Positions 50,864 to 62,040 of a DNA stretch of 64,000 nt are shown piece after piece (the stretch's first letter is position 1; each line of letters starts with the position of its first letter). The notes under the pieces are model-generated. The model saw only the letters and a list, made by a program, of their open reading frames with translations, made no database searches and was not told the DNA's origin. The stretch spans positions 9,612,001-9,676,000 of the forward strand of contig NC_045697.1 of NCBI RefSeq assembly GCF_009834535.1, given 5' to 3'. Both the position numbers and the translations under genes were made by a program. The stretch comes from Camelus ferus (lineage: Eukaryota).

Positions 50864-52035
50864 TTCATGGTCAGCAAAGAGTCACTGAAAGATTTTAAGC
50901 AAGAAATAACATAATCAAACTGTTAATTCGGAAAGGTCAGACTGATGGATGGGTTGAAACTAGATTAAGACAGGAATGGGGACAAAGAGAAACTACAGCA
51001 CCATTTCTTCTTCTAGGTTAAAAAAAAAAAAATGAGGAGGACGTGGTGACAGAAAGGAGAGGCCAAGGAGAAAGGTTGCTAAGGAGGTGGCCTCAGCAGA
51101 AACTGCAGACTCCCAGGTTTCTGGCGTGGGCAACTGGACAAAGGGTGATGCCACTCACTGAAATTAAAGAACAGATGAGCAGATTTGCAGGTCGTGGTGG
51201 AGATGGAGTTGACTTGGAAGCATCCATTCTCATACATCAAGATCATAACTGGGCATAAAGTAAAAAATAATATTTGCGGATTTATAAAGTAAAAGTAAAA
51301 ATAATAATTGGGGATTTGGTTGGTCAATTGAGTAAACCTGAAATTCATAAGGGCTAGAGGCTTATCTAAAACTGTATTTCTGTAAAGATTATCTCATTTC
51401 TTAGGTCTGATCCTGATTCTTGGTTGAACTTACATGTTCCCTTTTCATCAAAATTCCACTCCATGAAGTTGAAGTTCTTACTATATGGTACTGCGTTAAC
51501 ACTACTTGTATAATGTCTTTCTAAAGAGCGTCCAGTGGTTTAGTTCAGAAAAACAGAGCTGTAGTAGGTTTGGTGACAGGTAGCTTTTGAAGAAAATATT
51601 AGTCACCATTTATAGGACTCCTACCACTGGGCAATCCTCTTCGTTGTGAATCCTCAGAACATCTGTGTAGGAAGCTAACATCTGGACTGAGAGATGACCC
51701 ATGGGATGTCAGGCATCTTAATCAGGCATTTTATGGATGAGGAATCTGAGACTCGGATTAAGTAACTTGCCCAGATCACAGAGCTGAAGTAGTGGAGTCA
51801 GCTTTTAAAACCAGATCACCTGGTTCCCAAACCCAGGCTTTTCCACCTTCCCAAATGAATCCTCCTGGTAGAATTTTTACTCTCCATTTTAGAAAATGTC
51901 AGTTATCACTTTTCCCATTTTAACTGTGTTATCCCGTGCTTGGACAGGGCCTCCATACGAGGTCATCTTTAGACACTCCAGTCTACCAATTTAAGTTCTC
52001 TGACGGTTTCTCTCCCATCCCTGTGTAATTCCAAG

Positions 52036-52484
52036 CATACTAGTTCCCTCATACAGCTGTAACAAGTTCATGTAGACTTAATGGCTTTAAACAGCAGAAA
52101 TGTATTATCTTACAATACTGTAGGTCAGAAAATCCAACACAGGCCTTGCTGGGCTACAATCAAGATGTCAGCAGGGCTATACACTTTTCTGGAGACTCTA
52201 GCGGAGAATGTCTCCTTGCCATCAGCTTTCCTCCATCTTTAAAGCCAGCAACATTGGGTCAAGTCCTTCCCACACTCCCAGCCAGCCTCTTCTAAGGACC
52301 CCTGTGATTACAATGCCCCCCCACCCCCGGATAATCCAGATTACTCTCTCTCTTAAAGTCAACTGATTAGTAAACTCAATTCCATCTGCAACCTTAATTG
52401 TGCTTTGCCATGTAGCCTAGCGCATTCACGGGTCTAGGGATCCAGACATGCACATCATTGGGGGCCATTTTTCTGCTGACCACA
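52036..52484 (-). mobile_element. MLT1D/E-like MaLR solo LTR with intact 5-bp TSD
   Basis: ggctttaaacagcagaaatgtattatcttacaa...ctccatctttaaagccagcaac...aaggacccctgtgattaca...ggggccatttttctgctgaccaca; CCAAG at 52031-52035 and 52485-52489. Confidence 0.9.
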
Positions 52485-52814
52485 CCAAGTATTTCCAGTT
52501 TCTCTGTTCCAGTATGGGGAGAGGCTGTTTTTGGGGTAAGGGACCATGAGATGGTCCTGAATAACTGGCTAGAGTTTAAAAAAAAAAAAAAAAAGGCAGG
52601 GAAAGGAGAGGGCTTCCCATGAACTTCCTAAGGTAAATGTAGATGGGAAAAGGGAATTAACTTTAATAAGAAGTCACTAAATTCCAGGAACCAACCAGGC
52701 TCTTTTAGAGTCTCTCCTCAGCCCTACAAGGCCAGTTTTGGTTCTCCTTTCCAGAAATTCCTGTTGGCTTTCTGAATCTAATTTGGGAAGATCCCTGCCT
52801 GCCACAGAGAAGCG

Positions 52815-52890
52815 CATAGACTCACGGTACTGTACACAAGAAATCAACACAACACTGTAAACTGTGTATAATTTAATAAGAAAAAAAAAA
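52815..52890 (+). mobile_element. Very short L1 3' terminus with A-tail, next to a MIR fragment
   Basis: ctgtacacaagaaatcaacacaacactgtaaa...aataagaaaaaaaaaa; candidate TSD ACAGAGA at 52804-52810 and 52890-52896. Confidence 0.7.
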
Positions 52891-53544
52891 CAGAGAGGTT
52901 AAATAATTTCTCTAAGGCTACAGTTAAAGGAAGATGGAGAGGAATTTAAACCCAGGTGGGACAAGAAATGAAGATGGCATTCTCAACTTAGAAACAGCTT
53001 GGTTTAAAGACATGAGAACCGAAAAAAGACTTTAAAAAATTTTTAACTTTCTATTCCTTTTTGGGCCTTTCACCTATAATTAGCACTCCAATTTCTGGCT
53101 ACTAATCTGGTAATTTTCCCCAAACTCTTCTACCACCTAGATTCCTAAAGCCAGAAAAGGAGGAAGCGTGCTGGCCTGCCTAATTGGTGTACTCAGTGAA
53201 GCTTCTCCCATCAAAGGGCCAGCTTTGCCAGGGAGCAATTAACACCTAATTCACAATTGCTGATATCTCTGTATCTATTCTCCAGACCTGCTGATGGCAC
53301 CCCACCCCTCATCAGAGCATCCTATTGTAAACAACTTCTTCAGAGGCCCTCAGGATCTAAAGTCTGGGTGTTAAAGGGCTGGAAGGAGCAGCACTGGGCT
53401 AACAGACGGGAAGATAATCCCTCTAGAGTCCGGCCTGAGCTGAGCTCTGGCAGAAGCCCCGTTAACCTGGGAGGACAAGCGCATATTGATGACAGCCCAA
53501 GAGCTGCAGGGCAGGTGGCCCCACGACCTCGCCTCAAAGGCCCA

Positions 53545-53725
53545 TAGTCTTTGTTTGGCCTGGCTGCATATTAGAATAATCCAGGAGGGTTTTAAAAATC
53601 TACTGATGCACAGGCCCCTCAAATGCAGAAAGACTGGCTCAGAACCCCTGAGGGCAGGCCCACCCGTCAGGAGTTTTTGAGTCTCCCCAGGTGGTTCTGG
53701 TGCATTACTGGCATTAAGAACCAAT
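53545..53725. mobile_element. MER5-like hAT-Charlie MITE
   Basis: ctggctgcatattagaataatccaggagggttttaaaaatctactgatgcacaggcccc...ctccccaggtggttct...ttaagaacca. Confidence 0.8.
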
Positions 53726-54092
53726 AATGTGTCCAACTGCCTCTTTCACATTTGAGGAAACTGAGGCCCTGAGGCATTGTCCTTACCTAGAAGTGGCAAT
53801 TGTCATCATTTTGAATCATAACTTCAACATACTAATGTGTAACCAACCTCAGGAATCAATAAAAGATGGAAGAAAATAAAACAAAGTTAAATATGAAAAT
53901 TAAGGGAAACAGACTACTGGAAGAAGATGCATTTTGTAAATGTGATGACTCTAGGACCGATTGCATTAAGTGCTCTTTATCTGCTCATTTTTCTGAATCA
54001 TCCTACTCACCCCTTAGACCATGTTGACTCCAGGGCAGAACCATGCCTCCTTCATCTCTGCATCCCCACTTCTGACATAGTGCCTGGTCCAG

Positions 54093-54528
54093 TATCATGG
54101 ATGCGCTGTGTCCCTCAAAAATACACGCTCAAGTCCTAACCCCTGGTACATGTGAACGTGACCTTATTTGGAAATTAGGTCTTTGCAGGTATAACCAATT
54201 TAAGATGAGGTCATATGGAATTAAGGTGGGCCCTTACTCCAATGTAACTGGTGTCCTTAAGAGAAGAGAAACAGGCACAAGGAGAACACCTTGTGAAGAT
54301 GGAAGCAGACATTAATCTGTCTAGAAGTCAAAAAACACCAAGAATTGATGGCCACCCCCAGAAGCCAGGACAAGGCAAGGAAGGAATCTTCCCAAGAGCC
54401 TTTGGAGGGAGCATGGCTCTGCTGACACCTTGATTCCAGATATCTAAACTTCAGAACTGGGAGACAATAAATTTCTGTTGTTTTAAGCCACCAGTCTGTG
54501 GTTATGGTAGCTCTCGTAAGCCAGATAG
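54093..54528 (+). mobile_element. MLT1B/C-like MaLR solo LTR
   Basis: aagtcctaacccctggtacatgtgaacgtgaccttatttggaaattaggtctttgcag...cagaactgggagacaataaatttctgttgttttaagccaccag. Confidence 0.92.
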
Positions 54529-56169
54529 CCAATGTCTCGACAGCATTCCTGGATTCATCTTTGCCAGTGAGCCGTCAAGACAAAATATTGGGGTTCACAA
54601 ACCAGCTTCCCCCCAGTTAGCCGTGCAACCTTGAGGGAACTGTAAGCGCTCTAGGCCTCAGGTTACCTACCTATAAGAAGAGAATAAGATAGCACTCCCC
54701 TCACTGAGTTAATACAGCTGAAGCGCTTGTTCCACAGCAAGCGTTCGATAAGTATTAGCTAATGTTTGTACCTGTGTGATCCGGCAACTCCCACACAACC
54801 TCCTCGGGAGTCCTCTCTGCGCCTTGTGGCCTTCTCTAATCACTAGCCAGGGCCTTCTGGACCACAGGAAGCACGACTCCACTTCCTAGAGGTTCATGTG
54901 CCACCCCGCCACCCAGCAGAGAGCTCTCTGTAACAGGTACCATTGGTGCCTCACCCATGTTGCCTTGGTCTACCCTCGAGGCCACCTACAGACAGGTCAG
55001 CACACACTGAGGGGTCCTCTGCCTCTCTGGCACCTGAGGGTGTTTTCTGGCCACAGAAAATGCCCAGCACTACTGGGGCTGGATGGGCTCCGGGTGATCC
55101 CTGACACATCCACGAATGCAGGACAACACAGCGACTGAGATGCTCAAAACTGTCTGCGGGGTTCAGTTTAAAAAAAAACCATGAAGAACTAGTTGGACAA
55201 TCAGTGGAAAAGAAAACAAAACAGTATTTTTATAAAGCAAGAGAGGGAAAATATAACTAGTTATTTTCAGATCAGTACCTCTGGTGAGGGATTTAGGATT
55301 TTTGTGTACCTGGTGAATTTGTCCTACACCTCACAAATGACAAGATAATGGCAGAATGGCAATGCTGGATGGAAAAATACAGACCGCCTCTGTAGAGCTG
55401 GTAAATAGGCACTACCCCAAATGACCTGCTCAACCCTCTCCCTCCCTGGCTTATACCCCGAGGCTCCTGGGTCAGCAATGAAGGAATTAAAGCATGGTTT
55501 AGCCATACCTCCAGGGACCAGGTCCAGCTCCTTGACCAGAACCTGCTCTGATTGGCCCAGAACCACAGTAAACAGGAATGTGTCTATCAGATCACCTTCC
55601 GCAGGCAGCTTCCTTGACTCCCTAAATGGTGTCAGCTGCCCCTCTCTCTGCCGTCCACCCCGCAATGCTTCATGTCCATCACAATCTATGTCACTATGTA
55701 CTGCCTACACACGAAGGGCATATGCATGTTCACACACACACACACTGGGCAGGATTTACGTCTATTATTCAGTATCACCATGTCTGGCACATGGCAGGTG
55801 CTCAATAAAGCCTAGCTGAATGGTTGAGCGCATAGATAGAGGGAGGGCCTGATGGATCACTGGAGATTGGCAATTTTTTTTTTTTATCCTGAGCGATATA
55901 ACCAAGGCATTTTCTAAAGTGGTTAGGGTACATCTGAAGATATCTTTCACACTTAGTCAAATACAAAACACTTCAGTACACTGCACTTCTGGCTATGCCC
56001 ATACTAGTTGTGTGTCTAAGAGCGAATGGCTTAACCTGTCCAAGTCTCATAGAAGCCACGGTGTAACCCAGACTTTAGAAGGCAGCTCACTCTCAAGGTC
56101 ATGAACACAGCCTCAGCCTATGTGTGAAAGACAGGTCCCAGCAAAAATGCCATTCCACTGGGTTGGGAT

Positions 56170-56390
56170 GTGAAAAAGCATTTGCTGAGTCCTCGCCACA
56201 TGCCAGAAACGTGTTACTTGTCACATCACTTCATCCTCACAAAAACACTGATAGCAGTTGATACTATCCCCATTTTACAGATGAGAGAAACACAGAGCTT
56301 AATAACAACGATACAAAGTTAATAAGAAGTATGGCCAACCTCAGGATTCAAACCCTGGACAGCCTGACTCAGAGTAAATGGCTTTCTACC
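56170..56390 (-). mobile_element. MIR SINE
   Basis: tactatccccattttacagatgagag...caggattcaaaccctggacagcctgactcagag. Confidence 0.85.
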
Positions 56391-58399
56391 TAATCCCCAA
56401 AGCAGGTCTTCTGACTCAAGACTATGGCTTGGCTTTTCTCTCTGAGAAGTAGGTGGCCAAGGAGCTCAGGGTCTCCTGAATGTTCCCTAAGGGGTGTAGA
56501 GTTGTGACTGCACAAGACACAGGAGAGAACAGCAAGATTCTAGGAGATGCACACTGGACTGGCAGCAGGCTGCTAGCATCCTGTGTGACGTCCATTGCCA
56601 AGAAACACCCCAACGTGTTTTCCTTACAGCAGAATTCAGAGAGACAAGACTCTACCCCCTGAAGACTGGGGCCAGGCCTTGCTCATCTTTCCATCACACC
56701 TACCAGGCTTAAGAACTGTCTAAGGGCTTCAGCTGAATTGTATTTTTAAGACAGTGCTTTTAAACTTAAGGGTATTTTCTAAGTATTAAGGAAATGGGAG
56801 GAGGGGAAAAAACAAAAACTATGAAAATTGGAGAAGGTCCAAAGTATGAAGAGATTTACTTAAAAAATAAAAATTAAAGGAGCCTAAAACATGCAACTTG
56901 GCTAGCAGGCAAAATATAACAAGTGTAAGAACCTAAGATGCACTCAGCTTCCTCATCTGTAGAATGGAAACACCGTATTGTGATAAAGTTTTAGTGCTCA
57001 GGGAGCCGTCCTGATGACACGGCAGGGGCTTCTGAAGGGTCTAGAGCAGGTATTGAAGCAGTGGGGCCACATTCCAGGTATTCTTCGGACATCACAGGAA
57101 TGCTCTCTTGCTTTCCTTCTCCAGAAAGCCTCGAGGAGGTTAACCTTGGACCTGTCCAAGGACATCTAGTGACCAAAGCACCCAAAGGCTCATGTCATGT
57201 TAAAACGCAGTTTTTCTTAGGACACAGAGCCAAGCCATGTGGAAGTTCTGCAGGGTCTCTGATTCTTGATTCCATGTCTTCTCGCATTTACTGTGCCTCA
57301 ACATCTTTTCTTGGCGATGATCTTCCTCTTCACGCCCATGTACCATCCTGTGCCCTAACAAGGCACGTCACTGCCACTCATATAATGCCAGCAAGGAGGC
57401 TGGGAACAATTGGGGTGTTCTTTTGACAGTACATCCCTCCTCCCCTTCTCTCTGGCCTGGTTGAAGGCAGTGTTCTCACTTGACCCTCCCAAGATCCAAA
57501 CAGGCTGGGCAGCCATGACCCAGAGATGAGGTACCAATCTGCCCTTAGCCTCCTCCAGGTGTGGGAGGGGCCCCTGATGGACTCAGCCTGTCTGCCCTCT
57601 GGACCAGTGTTTGCCCCACTTCACCAGATGTCCTGCAGCCTGCGTCCTGATTGTTCACATGGCTCCCCAGGTAAGTCCTGTGGCTAAGAGGCAGACTCGG
57701 AACTCTAACCACCGTGATCAAAGCCCATTTCCACTTAGCAGCTGTGTGACCCTGGCTGTTAAGAGTTGAGGGAGCCTCGTTCTTCTCTGGAAGAAAGCTT
57801 AGTGGGTTGCACAGATGGCCCTTGCCTTGTCACATTTCAACAGTGTACACATGCTGGAACATCTTGCCTGTGACCTCTACCATCTACATCAAACTAGTAC
57901 AAAAGGCAAATCTCTCCAAGACAGTCATCCATGGTAAGTTTTCCCAACCTTTTGTGAAGCCTGAAATATTAGAGTAGAAAGAGTGAATCCAGTTTGACTC
58001 CCTTATCTTAAAGACATCCCAGGACAGAGAGGAGCAGTAACTGGCCTGAGGTCACACAGCTAGTTGGTGGCCGAGCTGGGTCCACAATCCAGGACTCCTG
58101 ACAATTAGCCTCACGCTAGGCAATAAATCAGCAGCAATGGGACCCACAAAGTTAGCAAGTTCACTGACGACATACTGTGCACCAGGGACCTGGACTTTAT
58201 GTTCGTGATCTCACCTCATCTTGTAGGGACCCTAAGAAGTGGTTGTCATTATCCCCAAGTATGAGTGAGAAAATAGTAAACAGAGTCATAACCCACTACA
58301 TACGTGCACTAGGTGCAAGGCGCTCCTCTAGTGCGTCTGCGGCGGGGGGAGGGGGGATGAGGGCAGAGGGCACGCAGGCGCATGCGCAAACGCTCATTT

Positions 58400-58560
58400 G
58401 CGAATTTGATGCTCATAAAAAGACTTTGAAGAGGCACAATATTGCTCTCATTTTACACAGGAGGAAACTGAGGTCTGAACATTAAGTAACGTGCCCATCA
58501 TTGGGTTGTAAGTGATACAGTTGAAATGTGAATCCAAAAAGTCAGTCCCCAGAGACCATT
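58400..58560 (-). mobile_element. MIR SINE
   Basis: ctcattttacacaggaggaaactgaggtctgaacattaagtaacgtgccca. Confidence 0.8.
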
Positions 58561-58729
58561 TCTCAAGTGAGGGAGGGCGAAGTTCTTGATCTTGTCCGTA
58601 CAGAACCAATATTCACCCTAAGCCCAAATTACTCTGGAATCTAGGGTCTTCCATCACCCCTCACTCACCCCTGGCCCCTCCTGGTGTCTTTCTGTGTCTG
58701 AGGCCCTGGGGACAGCTAGTGGCCTTTCT

Positions 58730-59450
58730 AGGGGCTTCGCTGAGTCGTGGAGCCAAGCAGAGTAGCCCTGAAAAATCCTGCAAGACCTGCGGGCGTGCAG
58801 GGTCCGGTCGGAACTGCGCTAGGGATTAAGGGGAAAGAACGCGATTTTTTTTCTGCCTGGCCCCTGGCCAGGATACTGAGATTAGCTGAATAACCGCCAG
58901 ATGGATTACTGAATCTCGCCGCGTTCCAATTACCAACATCTGAGAGCCCAGTTGCAGTTCCAAGCCCAGAGCGGCTCTCAGCAAATGCCATCCTTGCTCT
59001 GCGAGCGCTCGCCCCCGGCAGGTCACTTCAATTTCCCAGCTGGCACCGGAGCATGGCGGGCGCTCTCTTCTTCCTCTCCTGGCCCTTTATCTTTCTGTTT
59101 TCACTGAGCTGGGAAATGAGTGGCTGCTCCAAACCCTGCCCATCGCCCCCAACACCCCGCGCTCCGCACAATGGACAAGGAACAATGGGCCCCCTATCAG
59201 CAGAGCCCGCACGAGGCTGGCAGGACAGGAGACCTCTGCGGTGGACTCACACACCAGCTCCGCCGCTGGCCACCTCCCCAGTGTGCCAGCTGGGGCCTTT
59301 CACTAAACTCAGAGTACAGCATCTCTTTATAAAGCAAAACCCGCCCAGTCTGCAGGCCCCCTAGGTCCTGAGAAAGGCTTTCTTCTCCCTTGGCTCCGGG
59401 CCCACATCACTGCATTTGGGGGTCCTCAGACGCTGGACCCTGAGCCCGGA
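58730..59450. promoter_or_regulatory. CpG-rich, repeat-free element (orphan CpG-island-like enhancer or promoter)
   Basis: Visibly the highest CpG density in the window; GGATTA x2, GAGATTA, ACAATGG x2, GC box, TATA-like palindrome; no recognisable protein. Confidence 0.65.
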
Positions 59451-59696
59451 ATGAGGTGGGTGGGGGGGTGGATTTTCACTTCATTCCAAAAAACACAGCG
59501 CATCTTCTAGTGCTTGTGCTTAGAGCTCTGGGTGAAGAGATCCCAATATTAACACCTATTCTTGCTGTCAAGGTACCCATTATCCGGCAAAGAAAAGTGA
59601 GGCAGGGAGGGAAGGAGTGTCCCAGAGAAAAAGACAGTGCAAAACAGCCTAAAGTTTATTTAAATAAAAAAGTAATGAGAACAATCATGTATTACA

Positions 59697-59915
59697 TAGG
59701 GCAGCAAAGCATGGCAGCTGCCGGCAGGGGGTGCAAATCCAGTCTGCTACCTATTTTTATAAATAAAGTTTTATTGAAACACAGCCGCACTCATGTGTTT
59801 ACACATCCCCACGACCATTTTCACCCTACAATGGCAAAGCTGAGAGGCCAAGTTCCCTGCAATGGTAAATTATTTACCATCTGCCCTTTCATAGAAAAAT
59901 GTTGCTGACCCCAGT
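59697..59915. mobile_element. MER58A-like hAT-Charlie MITE
   Basis: caaatccagtctgctacctatttttataaataaagttttattgaaacacagccgcactcatgtgtttac...gccctttcatagaaaaatgttgctgacccc. Confidence 0.85.
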
Positions 59916-60290
59916 CTTAATGGGTATTTTACATATCTAATTCCACTCAATCATCACAACTCTTATCCTAGAAGTATTAAGTCCACTTTGCAGATGAAGG
60001 CGTAGAGAAGCTGATCAAGTTCACGTAAATAGAAGTATCTGGATCTGACCCAAAGGCACTGATTTTCCTTCACACCTGTAAGCTGAGGCTTGGGCTCAAC
60101 CTCTAAGTTGGCAGATGATTTTGATTAAGGGCGTGGAGTTGGAGAAAACGTAGCAGTGATGAGGAGTGTCTGGGGGGACTGCGGAGTGGCAGGAAGGAAT
60201 GCAGCCAACAGCAGACAGAAGGGACCTTGAGAAAGAATGTAGGGTTGCAGACCCAGAAGGAGACTTCAAGATTAAGCTCATAAAACTTTG

Positions 60291-60662
60291 TGTCTTAATC
60301 AGCTCGGGCTGCTGTAACAGAATTCCAGACTGAGGGTTTTAACCAACAGACATTTATTTCTCATAGCTCTAGAGGCTGAAAGTCCAAAACCCAGATGCCA
60401 GATTCAGTTCCTGGTGAGAGGACGCCTCCTGGCTTAAAGATGGCTGTCTTCTCAGTGTGTCCCCACATGGTGGGGAGAGAGAGAGAGCACTTATCTCTGT
60501 TTTCCTTTTTTTGTAAGGACATTAATCCCATGACAGGGGCTCTACTCTCATGACCTCACAGACCTGGTTACTTCCCAAAGGCCCACTCCAAATACCATCA
60601 TATTCCAGGTTAGGGCTTCAACATATGGGTTTGAGGGGTACACACACAGTCAGTTCATAAGA
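60291..60662 (-). mobile_element. MLT1A-like MaLR solo LTR
   Basis: tgtcttaatcagctcgggctgctgtaacagaattccagactgaggg...gttcctggtgagagga...taaggacattaatcccatga...ttagggcttcaacatatg. Confidence 0.92.
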
Positions 60663-61589
60663 CCGTGTCATGCTGCCGAGGGGACTGGAGACCAGAGAAG
60701 CGAAGGAAACGCATGCAAGTTCACTCAGCAATAAAGAATGAGCTGTGAGCAAAACACTCTAAGAGCTTTGCAGAGTCTGGGCCCTTTCTGGGCCAAGTGT
60801 GCCTCTCTATCAGGTGCCTCGTGTTTACTCTGGGCTGATCTCCAGCCTGGGGAGCACTGGAGCCCTGGGTCCCTTCGTGCTGTTTGGAATCAGAATCAAA
60901 CCATTCGCAGACTCGATGTTTGTTCTACCTGCGTGCCCTCATGCGACAGTAGTTTCTGTTTGACCAGGTGCAGAGAAAGGACACAGGACTGGAAGTCAGC
61001 CAGCCCAGCATCCTGTTTGTCACCGGCTCCATGTGTGACCTTGGACAAGTCACTTAAATGCTCTGGCCCCCCCATCTCCAATTGTGTAAAATGTGAGGAC
61101 TGAGACAGACAACACTTTCATTTTGGCTCAGATTGTCCATATTGAATAAGATCGACTAACAGAGAAATCATTAGGAGACCCAAAGCCAGCACACCAGTCG
61201 GCTGGCTGGCCTTGTTTTTCAGTCACACTTGACCTCACCAACTCCAAAATCAGTAATGTAGTATTTGACTTTGTGAGACATCGATATCAGTAACTAGAAT
61301 CCAGGCGTACATTCCGCAAAAAGGACGAATTGGGTTTAAATTTCGTCAGGATTTGCACTTCACGCTCAGATGAAGCTGCGAATACATCAGAGGAGAAGGG
61401 TGACTAGACAGTGCTGTGTGGTGTGAGAGATGCCACACACAAGAGGCAGGGAAGAGTAGCTGCACCGAGGGGCCCCAGAGCCAGGCAGCCTGGGTGTCGC
61501 ATCTGACTGCACCTAATTATCCGTGTGGCCTTATACACCCTTGTTGACTTCCCTTATCTGTAAAACAGAGATAAAAATAGTAAATAGAA

Positions 61590-61800
61590 TTTTAAAGCAG
61601 ACTCACAGATATTGAGAACAAACTAGTGGTTACCAGCAGGAAGGTGGAGGGGGCAAAATAGGGGTGAGGGGGTGGGAGGTACAAACTACTGGGTGTAAGA
61701 CAGGCTCAAGGATGTATTGTACAACACAGGGAATATGGCCAATATTTTGTAAGAACTCTAAATGGAAAGTAACCTTTAAAAATAGTATAAAAAATTAATT
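61590..61800 (+). mobile_element. L1 3'UTR fragment
   Basis: gcagactcacagatattgagaacaaactagtggttaccag...tacaaactactgggtgtaagacaggctcaaggatgtattgtacaacacagggaatatggccaatattttgtaa. Confidence 0.92.
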
Positions 61801-61807
61801 TTTCAGT

Positions 61808-62040
61808 TCTTTTTTTATTGAAGTTTTTTTTTTTTATTGTAGTTGATTTAAAATGTTAGTTTCAGGTGCACAGCAAAGCAATTCCGTTATACGTATACAT
61901 ATAAATAGGTATATATTTTTTCAGATTGTTTTTCATTACAACTCAGTATAAGAAATTGAATATAACTCCCTGTGCTATACAGTAGGCTCTTGTTTATCTA
62001 TTTTACTGACAGTAATATGCGTCTGTTAGTCCCAAATTCC
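61808..62040 (-). mobile_element. L1 3'UTR fragment
   Basis: T-tail then ttagtttcaggtgcacagcaaagcaattccgttatac...tccctgtgctatacagtagg...ctgttagtcccaaattcc. Confidence 0.92.

Noticed and set aside
58318..58338. CTCF site (minus strand GCACTAGAGGAGCGC)
   Set aside because: Needs a one-base gap in the core to fit CCACYAGRGGGCGC
59053..59364. 103-aa ORF with a hydrophobic, signal-peptide-like N-terminus (MAGALFFLSWPFIFLFSL)
   Set aside because: The hydrophobic stretch comes from a pyrimidine tract and the rest is Pro-rich translation of GC-rich DNA; no family recognised. Ribo-seq or dN/dS evidence would be needed to revive it
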